Assembly (NCBI RefSeq): GCF_001194135.2
Contig: NC_068981.1
Coordinates: 95,591,455-95,655,454, forward strand
Length of the DNA: 64,000 bases
Direction: 5' to 3'
From: Octopus bimaculoides
Lineage: Eukaryota
The notes beneath the pieces are model-generated. The model saw only the letters and a program-made list of their open reading frames with translations, was not told where the DNA came from and made no database searches. Every line of letters starts with the position of its first letter. Positions within the stretch are counted from its first letter, which is position 1. Position numbers and translations under genes: made by a program. Of the stretch, positions 39,325-52,511 are shown in pieces.

Positions 39325-41074
39325 CGTTGGTGAGGAAGTAAATTGTTGTATATAGTAGTAGTAAGCAGCTGTAGTCTAGTTCATGCAGTACTTACTGTAT
39401 GGATTTAGTTGTAATATTCGTGGACGGACTAATAAAGTTGTAGTTATTGATGTGTCGACTCATATTATCAACTGACTTCTTACATATCGGAGAAAAATAC
39501 GTATAGAATGAAACAATGCAAATCCAACTATTTTTCTCATGGGCGGGACCCAACATTCATTATATGAAAGGCTGGGACGACTATATCCACAGTTATGACT
39601 GCATTGCTGCAATTTAGAGTCTTCAGGGACCAATAAATATTCCGGCTTTGTTAGTTATCCAGGATCTTTACACAGTTTTGTGTGTTTGTAATTACAATTT
39701 TGGTACCCATACACCGTCAGTCCAAATCTATCACGCTTCTGTAATCACCATTATATTTCCTGTCAGAACTATTTGTTCCTATCATCTCTTCACTTTTGTG
39801 ACAAATAGTAAAACAAAAATTTCAGTAACCTTTCTGCTCAAAACAATTTGTTTATACCTGCTTTACAAGTAAACAATTAAAACACACACACATTCGATCT
39901 CTTCGAGTTATTTATTTTTGGAACTATCTGGCTGATTCATTGAAAACAAACCTTTAACTCATCCCATTTTAAACAGAACTAGCAGGCCTTCTTGCCAACC
40001 TTAACCGTACACCCACACTTCCAGCAAGGAGTGTTTTGTAGTGATTCTACGTTCTTTCAATAATGTATATATCATGTAATGGGCGAGTTCTCTCCCATAC
40101 TTAAGCCGGATGTTGCGGTGCAGCATTATTCATTCAATAGTCTTTGATATACAAAATCTATTATCATTACTTCTTACGACAGTTTTATATAATGGATCAA
40201 ATATATAGCCACCTCCACCACTAAAAAAAAAAAAAAAATCCAGAAGAGAACTTAACATAATCGGTGCAGCTCCTTTCAAATTTCAAATAGTAGTTATGTA
40301 CGTCTGTAAAGTGACTTACAAGTATTCATCATCTCTTCAAACTACACCCTCTCGAATTTATCATACACTGACAATTACGTGGTCAGGATAAAATGCTTAA
40401 AATATATCTTACATTAAAACCAATGAAGGGTTTTTTTTTTTTATTAATTAATTTATATTAGATCTGAACGCGTGACTCGAAGGCATTTGCTTTCAAAGAC
40501 ACTGGGTCAATATCTTCAAACTTTAAGACTTCAGGAATACAATTTTTTAAGAAATATCGCCTGAACTACATTCGAAAAATCCGGTGACGACAAAGGCATT
40601 ATTTCAGCATAACGCGGACAGATTCAAATCACTCGAAAATAAATAAATGAAGCTAGATTTGACATCAGAAGTATCACAAACTAGAGCAAAGTACTAAGCT
40701 CTCAAGAATGGTATCGTTTACAACAAGATCTTCGAGAATATTATGAGAGGAGCTTACTTTTTCTTCTTTGTGTGTATGTGAAATGCAGACATAACTGCAA
40801 GTAACGTCGAGCACTACATTACTTTCTTCGATATTTAAAGTTTTGCAGTTTCATTGCAATTTTTTTTTGTTTGTGCATTCCTTAATGTGATTAATAATTA
40901 GTCAATGCAAACTTCGACAATGGAAGCACTGACAATTTTAAAATCTCTCTCTTTCTCTTAATAAATATATTCGAAACGTCAAAGACTTTCCGTATTCCCG
41001 AGCGTCATACTAATACATCCTTTTGTTATTTACACCACCTGTCCTCGTCTGTTGTTGTTTTTTCGTATATTCTC

Positions 41075-41077
<3 letters not shown>

Positions 41078-41143
<66 letters not shown>
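41078..41143. repeat. (TA)n microsatellite, one of many (also about 3306-3396 and 18905-18972; (GA)n at 59143-59197; (TG)n at 63782-63811)
   Basis: Direct inspection. Confidence 0.95.
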
Positions 41144-41149
<6 letters not shown>

Positions 41150-42624
41150 GCGATTCCAGGTCATTAGATTCACTCGGGCTCATCACAGATTTCGCATAAG
41201 ACACATGTATAAAAGAAGGTAAGAGAAGTTATGCACACCGCAGACATATGTGCACTAATAATTTAACAATAAGACAGAAATATAGTTTTAATATGCCTTT
41301 CTCTATTTCTAAGTGAAGTTTTAAAATGAGTAAAAATAAAGCAACCGGGCAAAGGTCTTTACACACAGACGTACAGAATAACAGCAATCAAATACGACAG
41401 CGGAATGCACAACAAATGCCGCTAGTACTCTTGACAAGAGATGCCAGTTAGTCTTTTACACATGCCAGGCTCGTTCGTATTAGCCCGAGTTGCTGGATAA
41501 TTTTTCGTCCCTTTAAGAATATCGTAGAACGGAAACTTTTCATAGATTGGAATTTAAATCCTAATCTCAATAGAAATTTATTGTTTCAAGAAAACATTGA
41601 ATTTGAATTAGTTTTCATTTTTACGATTATAGGATAACAACGCGGACTGTAACTTCTGAGCTGGGGGTCAGGCGCCTGTGAACGATGTCGAGTGAACGTC
41701 TGCCACGAATATTTTTTGACACAGAGCACCTCTAAGACAACTGCCAGACGCCGAACGAAAATAAATGAACTGCGACCAGGCTCAAAAGGAGCTCGAGTTA
41801 TTGGCTGCAATTACATACTTGAAGTCAGTGTTAGNNNNNNNNNNNNNNNNNNNNNNNNNNNNNNNNNNNNNNNNNNNNNNNNNNNNNNNNNNNNNNNNNN
41901 NNNNNNNNNNNNNNNNNNNNNNNNNNNNNNNNNNNNNNNNNNNNNNNNNNNNNNNNNNNNNNNNNNNNNNNNNNNNNNNNNNNNNNNNNNNNNNNNNNNN
42001 NNNNNNNNNNNNNNNNNNNNNNNNNNNNNNNNNNNNNNNNNNNNNNNNNNNNNNNNNNNNNNNNNNNNNNNNNNNNNNNNNNNNNNNNNNNNNNNNNNNN
42101 NNNNNNNNNNNNNNNNNNNNNNNNNNNNNNNNNNNNNNNNNNNNNNNNNNNNNNNNNNNNNNNNNNNNNNNNNNNNNNNNNNNNNNNNNNNNNNNNNNNN
42201 NNNNNNNNNNNNNNNNNNNNNNNNNNNNNNNNNNNNNNNNNNNNNNNNNNNNNNNNNNNNNNNNNNNNNNNNNNNNNNNNNNNNNNNNNNNNNNNNNNNN
42301 NNNNNNNNNNNNNNNNNNNNNNNNNNNNNNNNNNNNNNNNNNNNNNNNNNNNNNNNNNNNNNNNNNNNNNNNNNNNNNNNNNNNNNNNNNNNNNNNNNNN
42401 NNNNNNNNNNNNNNNNNNNNNNNNNNNNNNNNNNNNNNNNNNNNNNNNNNNNNNNNNNNNNNNNNNNNNNNNNNNNNNNNNNNNNNNNNNNNNNNNNNNN
42501 NNNNNNNNNNNNNNNNNNNNNNNNNNNNNNNNNNNNNNNNNNNNNNNNNNNNNNNNNNNNNNNNNNNNNNNNNNNNNNNNNNNNNNNNNNNNNNNNNNNN
42601 NNNNNNNNNNNNNNNNNNNNNNNN

Positions 42625-42660
<36 letters not shown>

Positions 42661-44585
42661 CATTCATATTTACACTAAGCTGGATGATTCAGTCATTAAA
42701 CCAATCAGAAGCAGCATTGTGCAGCAGCAGTCCAATTCCTGTATACGGGGATATGCGAAGTCGACATTCTGTATGTCGAGTTGTACAAACAACAGTCACT
42801 ATTAGCTATACATACTCTCTGCTCAGATGTGATACTCAGACTGTTTCCAGTGATATGTAAGCCTAATGGCTTTTAAGCCTTTCGTGTTCACTGGAGATTC
42901 TACATGTTACTGCTCCATTAATTTAACTTCAAACGCAAAAACTACAGTTACAGCTGCTCAAAGATATTTTGTGGACGATGACAAAATTCCTAAAACAAGA
43001 AGCAAACTACCCAGTCAAATATGGCATCATAAAACCGAGAAACCCCTCGTGAAGGGCTTAGTTCGCAAAACAAAAACCACAAACGACATAATCTTGATTT
43101 CTCAATCATTCTCAACATTTATACATGCTTTGTCGAGCCAGTTGTTGGCGAGTTATACAAACTAGATTTCAACACTTACATTATAGTTAGGTCAATGTGA
43201 AACATGCCTATTATATCAACTACACCTGGTGATTGCTTACCGCCTATTACACTGCTTTTCAATCATTGTGACAATTGTGTACCAGACTGCCAGATCAATT
43301 TCATACAAATTAACATTAAATTTCTAAAACATAATGAGTTGTATTAGAATATAAGTGCCTTAGGAAAATTTTACTGCGTGTGTGTGTGTGCAGTGCAAAA
43401 GTAACAGAAAATACAACGTTCACGAAATGGGGAGGAAAAAATGAAATGCTTTTAAGGTTTCGAGTACATACTCTTCTTCCCGAAGGTAGGATAGAAAACG
43501 GAGAAATGGAAACGCACGTGTATCCAATCGTTATGGCATGAGAAAAAGTGTGTGTGTGTGTATATATATGCGCGTATACAGATTCTGATCTACCGAGCTG
43601 ATAATTTGATATTCAACAGTATCTTTACCCTTTACAATTACTATTTGTAGTCTTGTCTGAGAACTTTGTATTACAAGATTTTCATTTGGTCTCACGAACA
43701 TGTCTTCTCCAAGCGATGACCACATTATCTTTAGAATAAATTTAAAATTTAAATACATTTCTGTCATATGTAACGGATCTCAACACAACTCGTTCTAATA
43801 TAAAATGCCTTTTTGGAAAAAAACAATTTCTCTGATTATTATGATACATTCGAGATCAGAAATAAGACCTAATCATTGCATTCTTTTAAATGCCTCTAAG
43901 TTCCCAGCTCGAAAAAAATCATGGAATTGCCAGTTTAAGAGAGAAACGAACAGCACAAATTGTCAAATTTTTTTTCTATAAAAAACAAAAAAAAAACCCT
44001 AACGATAATCACTTTCTTCTTCTTCAAACAGCTTTTCAAAAAATTAAAATCGATTTAGAAAATGATTGCCTCTATGCTATTGGCAAGTTTACTCCATTTA
44101 TAGCTGAGACAGGCGCATTAGCCACCGCTCTTGCTGTAACATTATCGAGGGAACTGAATACTTTTGTTGTGTAAGTTGTTAAATTAGTTGAGTAATAGCA
44201 ACACATTCTCTTCGGAAGGGGCATTTTACCCTCTTTACAGACCAACAAAACGTATTGAGTTCAATGTTTGCTTTCAAATACCACGAAGGTAGATAATTAT
44301 TTTTCGTCCTTCCTGAAAATACATATTTTAAGTGTGAGTGTGTCTGCATAAACATGGCTAAGTGCTAATGAAGTATGTTTCACCCTCAGAAGGTTCCGAG
44401 ATCGATCTCACTATGTAGTATCTTGGATAAGTGTCACCTACCATAGCATAGGGTCAACTTAAGCGTCGAGAAGGAAACTGAAAGCTCATTGCATGTACTG
44501 TATAATTCAGGGGTTAACTTTTACGTCTATCCGATTCTGCTTAAATAGTTACACACATCTGTGAAATAATCATTTGCACAAAATA

Positions 44586-44794
44586 CAGTAATCCTTCGAG
44601 TATCGTGTGTGCTACGTTCCAAAACCCACCGCGATAGGTGGAAATCTACGAAGTAGAAACAGTACTGTACTGTATGTATTTTATAATTATTTTTATAATT
44701 TGTATATACTTATTTTATAATAAATGCCAAACAACATCACAGAGGAATCGACGTAAGCTTAAATAATAAACAGTGATATGGCAAAGGATTACTG
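44586..44794. mobile_element. Tc1/mariner (pogo/Tigger-like) MITE
   Basis: TIR CAGTAATCCTT...AAGGATTACTG with TA on both sides. A partial copy lies at about 18780-18906. Confidence 0.85.
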
Positions 44795-45696
44795 TACTTC
44801 AATGTTTTGGTAACTGACAGAATAACTGGAATAGTCATCGTCGAACCTGACAGTGGATCCACTTACTTTTTTACACACACACGCGTTAATGTAACAAATC
44901 TTTAGTTGGGGAAACAGTACGAAGCGATAGCCCCGAAGCTTCAACAAAGTGATGTGTTAGGGATCTTCATATCTTTATTTATATACCTTTTAGGTGGAGG
45001 TAAAGAGTACGTAACCCTAACCCTAAACGCCTACACTTTATATCCAAACCATTTTGTTTAAATATGAAGACATGTACACATGTATGGTTCATTCGTTTAT
45101 ACTCTTTCCTGGACTTGTGCTTAACTTAAATAAAGAAATGAATAAAGACGAAGGTTCAATTGCTGAAGTCCCCAGCAACAAAAACGTTGTTGTGCTAAGC
45201 ACATAGAAACTTTTATTTCGGTTAGCCGTAAATGAGTAGCATTTGTGGGTCCACTGCGAGAAGAGGCCGAGTAGGTTAGAAGTGGATACTCTTTATTGGG
45301 TTGCCTTAGCTAACAGGTATTGCAGAAGGAGGGAAGTTTCCGTTCGTGTATTTATTGAGCACTTGTAGTTCATGGGATTGCATATGCATGGATGTTCTTC
45401 ATTTCAATAATTAAAATAAAGGTTATTCCTTACGTAGGCATGAAACCTAGCAAGTTTATATCTGTATTAAAAGTGTTAGCAGCATAAGAGGAATCACTTC
45501 CACTGGGAGCAGTGACTGGATTACTGATGTAGAGAAGATAATAGGCGGTTAATCAACTCAGTGACGGGAATATTACGGACAAATCATTTTTTTTTTGTTA
45601 GACGCCATAGATAAAAGGCAGGCTTGACTCAGAAAAAAATTTGAATTTATAACAGCAACATTCTAAACTAGATAACGTAAAGTATATAGGTTGGTT

Positions 45697-46336
45697 GGAT
45701 CTATTTTAAAACGGGGGCGCCAGTTTTCATTTATGTTTTACGTAGTGTTTTTGGTACGGAAAGACTTTCAAACTTCGTATACTTATCTATTTTGTGTTAT
45801 AGAACAGAAAAATATTTTTGTATTCGAATTTATTTCATGTAAAAAATTGTCTTATTTCGATAATTTCTACTAATCACTGACGTCTATTCAGTTGAAAACA
45901 GTTAGCGCTGTAACGGTGTATAACGTATTAATCCCCTAACCCTAACTAGACTGTTAACCGTAACCGTAACCCTAACTCTAGAATCCGAACTCTAAAATTG
46001 TTACACACATAGATACGCACAGCGTAATTTATTATATAAACAATATATGCGTATAAATTACAATTAAACCGGATGAAATATGTCACAGGGAATAACATTT
46101 TTATGACCGCCCAGCAGTAACTCTATTGAGCTGAATAGACGTCAGTGATTGGTTGAAATTACAGAAATACGACAACTTTAACATGGAATAACTTGCGAAT
46201 TCCTTTTTTTTTTTGTTAAGAAGACTAAGAGTAAAAGATGTTTTATATGACACATTCTACCAGTGTCCCAAGTTTCAAAGTGTTTCGTTAGTGTTTCGTT
46301 AAGAAAATACTGGCGCCCCCGTTTTAAAATAGATCC
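45697..46336. mobile_element. Fold-back MITE with GG-initiated TIRs and an 8-bp TSD (Merlin-like)
   Basis: 28-bp perfect TIR GGATCTATTTTAAAACGGGGGCGCCAGT, GGTTGGTT on both flanks, inner 20-bp perfect inverted repeat at 45872-45891 and 46131-46150. Confidence 0.85.
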
Positions 46337-46552
46337 GGTTGGTTCGGTATTAATCCAGGCCAGCGTCACATACCTGTTGTTATATCATGCATGACGAAAC
46401 GAGAAGGTAAATCAATACCTTTTCAAGAGTTTAAATGGCGAAAGTGAAGTGAAATAATTCAGTTTCACTTTCTTGAAAATTTAGCGTCGAGCTCTTTCTT
46501 ATTAACAGTTCACAAAAGATTTGTGAATAAAAAAACAGCCTTGTATTTAGAC

Positions 46553-47345
46553 AGTGAGCTGGCAAACGCGTCAGACAAAATGCTCAGCGGCGTTTCTTGT
46601 GGTTTTAATGTTCTGAGTTTAAATTACACCGAGGTTGACTTCGCCTTTCTTCTTCTCGAGGTCGGTTAAATAAATGCAAGTTAAACACGGGGTGATGTAA
46701 TCAAGTTGTCTCTTCCCTTAAAACTGCTGGCCTTGTGCCTAAATTTGAAACCATTATAATTATTATTATGGTGGCGAACTAATAGAATCTTTAGCACATC
46801 AGACAAAATGCTTAGTGGCATTTCTTCCGGCTATACGTTCCAAGTTCCAATGCCACCAAGGCCGACTCTGTCTTCCATTCTTTCGGATTTGATAAAATAT
46901 GTACCAGTCAAGTACTGGAATCGATGAAATCGACTCCTTCCCTTAAAAAAATTTCTGGCTTTGTGTCTATAGTAGAAAGGATTATAATAGCAAGGTGACA
47001 CGCCAGGCAAAATGTTTAGAGGTATTTCTTTCGGCTTTATGATCTGAGTTCAAATGTCGCTGAGGTCTATCTTTCATCTTTTCGGGGTCGATAAAGTAAA
47101 TACCCACAAAATTTCAGGTCTTGTGCCTATGATAATAATAATAAGAAGAAGGAAGATAAAAGGCATTGCAGCATCGGAAAAAAGGGTGCTTTCTGCCGGT
47201 TCTTTACATTCTAAGCTCAAGTTTCGCAGAGACCAACTCTGCTTTTCAAATTTCCAGAATAATAAAAGAAAGTACCTGTACAAATCGACTAACCCCCACT
47301 CCTCTTAAAATTACTGTCCATGTGCCTAAATCAGACATAATTACT
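46553..47345 (+). mobile_element. Head-to-tail array of four (ATT)n-tailed SINEs
   Basis: Units about 46553-46768, 46769-46990, 46991-47150 and 47160-47345, each with ttctgagttcaaat-like B-box sequence and ...ccttgtgcct...attatt ends. Confidence 0.8.
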
Positions 47346-48233
47346 GGAGATATGAAAGGATAACTCAATCTGTAAAGAATTAGATGTCATGACGAATCTA
47401 AATAAAATACTATAAGATATTTAGTCTGGTGCACTGCAGTTTCTGAGGATATCAACACCTTCAAACTATATATTTTTTTTTACACAAAATCACATATACA
47501 TGTATGATGTATATGAATTACTGGATGTATAGCCTTTATAACAACATAATGATTTACACATGAGACACTTAACTGCATGCCTCCTCTTTCTATCACTCGT
47601 TATACATATATATCTCTTACCATGAGCTTGAGAAGACAGACCAGCAAAAATGAAAAAAACGGATGGTAAGTGTGAGAGAGAGAGAGAGAGGGGGGGGAGA
47701 GAGTAAAGAAAGTGAAAGAGTGGACGGACAAGTAATATGGTGTGTCAGAGAATGCAAAGCGATGGAAAATTTAACAGTGTGTATGTGTGGAGAGAAAGAG
47801 AGACAGTAGAGAATAAGAGAGAAGAGCTAGAAACTGACTAAGTAAGACAACGGATGAGAATGACTAATCTCGTATTGGCTAGCCTATCATCAGAAACAGG
47901 ATAATGTCTTCCATTAGATGCTGTTAATACCCTCATCAAGTTTTAAATCTTAACAATGGCTTTTGAGATTTATAAACCTCTTCGGTATGATGAAATTACT
48001 TCTTAGAAGAGTTTTAAATTGCAATGTATATACGTGAATATATTAACGGGTAAATAACTTAAATAAGGATTTCTAACACTAAAAAGCAACAGGTTCTGTC
48101 TGGGTGAAGTGAGTGAGTATTTAATTTAATTGCGACAGTTATTTTAATCAATACAAGGGCTTTAGAAAGCAAAGTTCACTCTGGCAAGATTTAAACTCAG
48201 TAAGGAGAGCTATATCTAAATTTCTCAAAGCAT

Positions 48234-48421
48234 TTTGAGTGGGTACATAAAAGCACTCAATACACTCTCGGAGTGGTTGGCGTTAGGAAGGGCATCCAGC
48301 TGTAGAAACTCTGCCAAATCAGATTGGAGCCTGGTGTAGCCATCTGGTTTCACCAGTCCTCAGTCAAATCGTCCAACCCATGCTAGCATGGAAAGCGGAC
48401 GTTAAACGACGATGATGATGA
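48234..48421 (+). mobile_element. Young RTE 3'-end copy inserted into an (ATT)n-family SINE
   Basis: Flanked by ATTTTG on both sides. Near-identical to 63271-63426. Confidence 0.85.
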
Positions 48422-51400
48422 TTTTGTCTAATGTTACACCACTGAGTAGCAAGAATTTCCTTCGCAATATCAGGAGATAGCATTTGATATCCAATGAGAT
48501 GGATATGTCGTACGTGCTCACCAAACTTCAAGTTAAATGATGCACAGTCAAACTGTTTTTAAAATATATATATGTAACACCTACCAAATATGCTGAGTGC
48601 CATTTTCTTTTATTCGTCCACCCATGCACACACACACACACACACATTAATCATTATATCGACCAGATTCAAGCATGGCTGGAATGTGCCATCAATACTG
48701 TGTCTTGAACTAGAATCCTTCCAATATTCTCAAGTTTCTTAGTATATGTGTAGACTTATTTCTGCGAGTGTGTAAATTTAGTATTTAGTATTTGGATGAG
48801 TGAAGATACCCGCACCAGACACCTTCTACTATCTATTTAGGTGAACTATGGTTTTTGAGTTAACAGTTCGACTAGACTTCCCTTCTCATCACTCAGATAC
48901 CAATAAAACAAATACTAGTAGCAGACTGATGTCAGTTACGTTGCTTGTATTTCTATTTTTCTTTAAAGTGGTAAAACATTAGGCAGAATAAGTTGTATTT
49001 GGTTGTAACATGATGAATAATGGCTACATGCACACACATCCCAGACAATATCCAAGGTATTACAGCCTTTAGCCCATTGATATGCATAGTTCTTCCTATT
49101 TCTCTTCTGTTACTACAGCAATAGTTTTTACTCCCCTGAACTAGCAAGTTTAGTATTACCTTTGTCCCAACTCCTTAACTGTATCTACCTGTCTTCTTAT
49201 TGTTCCTACTGTCTCATTTCAAAAGACTTTGTACAAAACGTACAATGAAGAATGTCAGACCATATTTTCCCAAACAAACATTAAGAAACTAAATAATTAA
49301 CCTCAAGTTGGGGATACCTGCAATGAGTATGGCACACAGATCTTTCTCAGATTAATTAACAGTGATGATAATGATGATGATGATCCATTCTACAAAAGGC
49401 ACAAAGCTTGAAATCTGGGGGACGGGGTAGTTGATTGCACTGACCCTAAAACGATGAAAAGCAAAGTCAATCTCAGCATAATGATATTGATGATGATGAT
49501 GATGCTTCTAACATAGAACCTAGACCTGATATTTAATGAGAAAGGAATAGTTAAACTAATCTCGGCAGGATTTGAACCAAGAACATAAAAATTCAGAAGA
49601 AACACTGCAAGGTACTTTTTCTGATGCTCTAAGAATTTTGCCAATCTGCAGGCTTTAATGATACTAAGAGCATAGGAATATTTAAAACAAAATTTTTAAC
49701 ATTATCACAAAAGGAAATAAAGGAAGAAGTAGTTGTTGTAAATTAACATATTATATAAAGTTGTTATGTTAAAATATGGCTATTTAGCTGAAGGGCTCTT
49801 AGTGTGTAGTTGTAATATTCAATAACATTAATTTTACTTCTGTTAATAATTATTTTTATGAACAGAACAAACATGAAAACAAATGACCTAATGCTGCCTA
49901 ACTCAAAGTAAGCCAAAGTAAAGCACTATTATATCAGATACTTTGTCTTATGAAGTCATGGAATGATATTTCAGACAATATCTAAAACAAAACTATGAAG
50001 CAAAAATAATTGAGTAGACTACCAACTTATGGGTCACAATTTCAAATGTTGCCTCAATTTACAAAGCTGCCAAAAACAGGTTTCACAAAGTGTGGGTATA
50101 CTGGATCATATTCAAGGGTAGGGTTGTCTCTCATTTGCTTATTGCTACTGGACTATGAACTCTCTGAAGTTTGTGAAATGATTAACTCTTAGTGACACCA
50201 TCATTAATGTTATGTCACCTTTTTTTTAAACACCAGCAAAGCATAATCGATTTTGTAAGATAGCAACTTTTCCACAACTCAATTTTGTGCCATCACTCTG
50301 ATAAGGCCTTATCCTGATGCTTTCTTAACAGGTTGATAATACTGTCTGATGATACCTACCTAGTCATGCATATTACTCACGCACAAGATGTCATACACTT
50401 GCTCTTGGTACATTTGGATCTGTTTCTAAGCCAGGCATGGGGAACCTTTCTTGAGAAGTGGGCCAGATGAAACACAACTAATCATCAGATAAGCCATACT
50501 ACTTCAGCAATTCAATGTTATTTTTCCTTAGGCATGCCATCCAAGAAAGTGGGCTATGTCTACGAAAATTATAAATGTTCCTATACATTGATTTATTCTA
50601 AAAAGTACAAATTCCTCTTACACTTAATTTACCAACTCAGTACAAGACATCTGTAATTAAATTGTTTTTGTGGATAGTAAATAGGGAGAGTTAAAAGTTA
50701 CAGGCAAAAGGAAAACTTAAACACACACACACACACACACACATATTTTCCTTCAATACGACTACCAAATATAAACATAATTAAAAAAAGGATTAATTTA
50801 CAAGTGTTATTTGTATTGACTGATATTTAAGAATTTCACAGATATGGAACCACCCAAATGATACTTTTAACATTTTATCTCCATTGGTTCAAAGAGGCTG
50901 AAAGTAAATACACACAATAGCTAAATATTTTACTACAGTAATTTCATATGAGGATCTAAATATATACATAAATACATAAAACCATTGACTAATTATGCCA
51001 GTACACTGATTATTATATACTGTCTTTAAAATGTATTAATGAATTAGCCAAGGCTTATGAAGTACACAGAATGTGTGCCTCAAATATAAATTAATTTAAT
51101 CCTTACAGATATATATATATATATATATGTAAATACACATACACACATGCATACTGGGTGTGTAATTAAGAAGTTAGTTTCATAACCACGTGGTTTCAAG
51201 CTTAATTCCACTGTGCAGTAAGTTGAGTAGTGCCTTAAGCTATAGCCTCAGGCTGACCAATGCCTTGTGAGTGAATTTGGTTGAGAGAAACTGTGCAGGA
51301 GCTTGTCATATACATGTGTGCATAGATTAATGTTTGTGTTTGTCTCCCACCATTCAAGAACCTGTATTGGTGTTTGTTTAAGTCCGTGTAACGTAGTAGG

Positions 51401-52343
51401 CTGGCAAAAAAAGAGCAACAGAATAAATACCAGATTTTAAATAAATTTTGAGGTGATTTGGTCTGCTGCATTTGAAAGCAGTGCCTCATCATGGCTGAAG
51501 TCCAATGAACAAAACACAACTGAAANNNNNNNNNNNNNNNNNNNNNNNNNNNNNNNNNNNNNNNNNNNNNNNNNNNNNNNNNNNNNNNNNNNNNNNNNNN
51601 NNNNNNNNNNNNNNNNNNNNNNNNNNNNNNNNNNNNNNNNNNNNNNNNNNNNNNNNNNNNNNNNNNNNNNNNNNNNNNNNNNNNNNNNNNNNNNNNNNNN
51701 NNNNNNNNNNNNNNNNNNNNNNNNNNNNNNNNNNNNNNNNNNNNNNNNNNNNNNNNNNNNNNNNNNNNNNNNNNNNNNNNNNNNNNNNNNNNNNNNNNNN
51801 NNNNNNNNNNNNNNNNNNNNNNNNNNNNNNNNNNNNNNNNNNNNNNNNNNNNNNNNNNNNNNNNNNNNNNNNNNNNNNNNNNNNNNNNNNNNNNNNNNNN
51901 NNNNNNNNNNNNNNNNNNNNNNNNNNNNNNNNNNNNNNNNNNNNNNNNNNNNNNNNNNNNNNNNNNNNNNNNNNNNNNNNNNNNNNNNNNNNNNNNNNNN
52001 NNNNNNNNNNNNNNNNNNNNNNNNNNNNNNNNNNNNNNNNNNNNNNNNNNNNNNNNNNNNNNNNNNNNNNNNNNNNNNNNNNNNNNNNNNNNNNNNNNNN
52101 NNNNNNNNNNTGTTGTGTGTACTGCATATGAATGAGTGGTGAGAAAGATTAGATGTTTAATCTTCATTAACATCCACTGCCTGATGCAGTTCTTTTCATG
52201 ATTTTTCATTTCTAAGACCTGTTCAAGTGAAATAAACAGGTTTCCTCAACAACAATCTGCATTTCTTTTTTGAGTAATTCATTTTGTTCGCTTCCGTTAT
52301 TATAATTGAAAACAAACCCTGCTTCCTTAAACCCTTTTATTAC

Positions 52344-52511
52344 ATTCTAATAATAAACTCTTGAATCTTCTTAATACTATTGCATCTATCTTTGTATAAA
52401 CCTATATCTTTTGTCGTTTTTGTTTCTTTAAACACTGCGACTGCAGGACTCTTTTCCTGTATATAGAATACTAAATTGTCATCAACATCAATCTGGTCTG
52501 GTAATCTCTTA
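52344..52511 (-). CDS. Probable upstream exon of the same gene (168 nt, phase 2-2): KRLPDQIDVDDNLVFYIQEKSPAVAVFKETKTTKDIGLYKDRCNSIKKIQEFIIR(M); alternatively the last exon of a separate gene
   Basis: Acceptor gcctttctgtag at 52512-52513. AT|gtaata gives phase 2 and joins exon 31436 as ...IQEFIIRM-FHQYNSKF. Read-through gives an immediate TAA overlapping AATAAA. Confidence 0.7.

Noticed and set aside
40925-40995. CTGAC...CGAAACGTC, resembling a hammerhead ribozyme core
   Set aside because: No intact CUGANGA, a stem III mismatch, and no stem I pairing.
42866-43165. 99-aa plus-strand ORF (and 38779-38982, 43890-44174)
   Set aside because: No recognisable domain, splice context or compositional support.
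45933-45978. TAACCC repeats as an interstitial telomere
   Set aside because: Short, degenerate and internal to the MITE.
50381-50425. 45-nt in-frame cassette candidate with a gtgagt donor
   Set aside because: Weak acceptor (cctggcttag) and no independent support.
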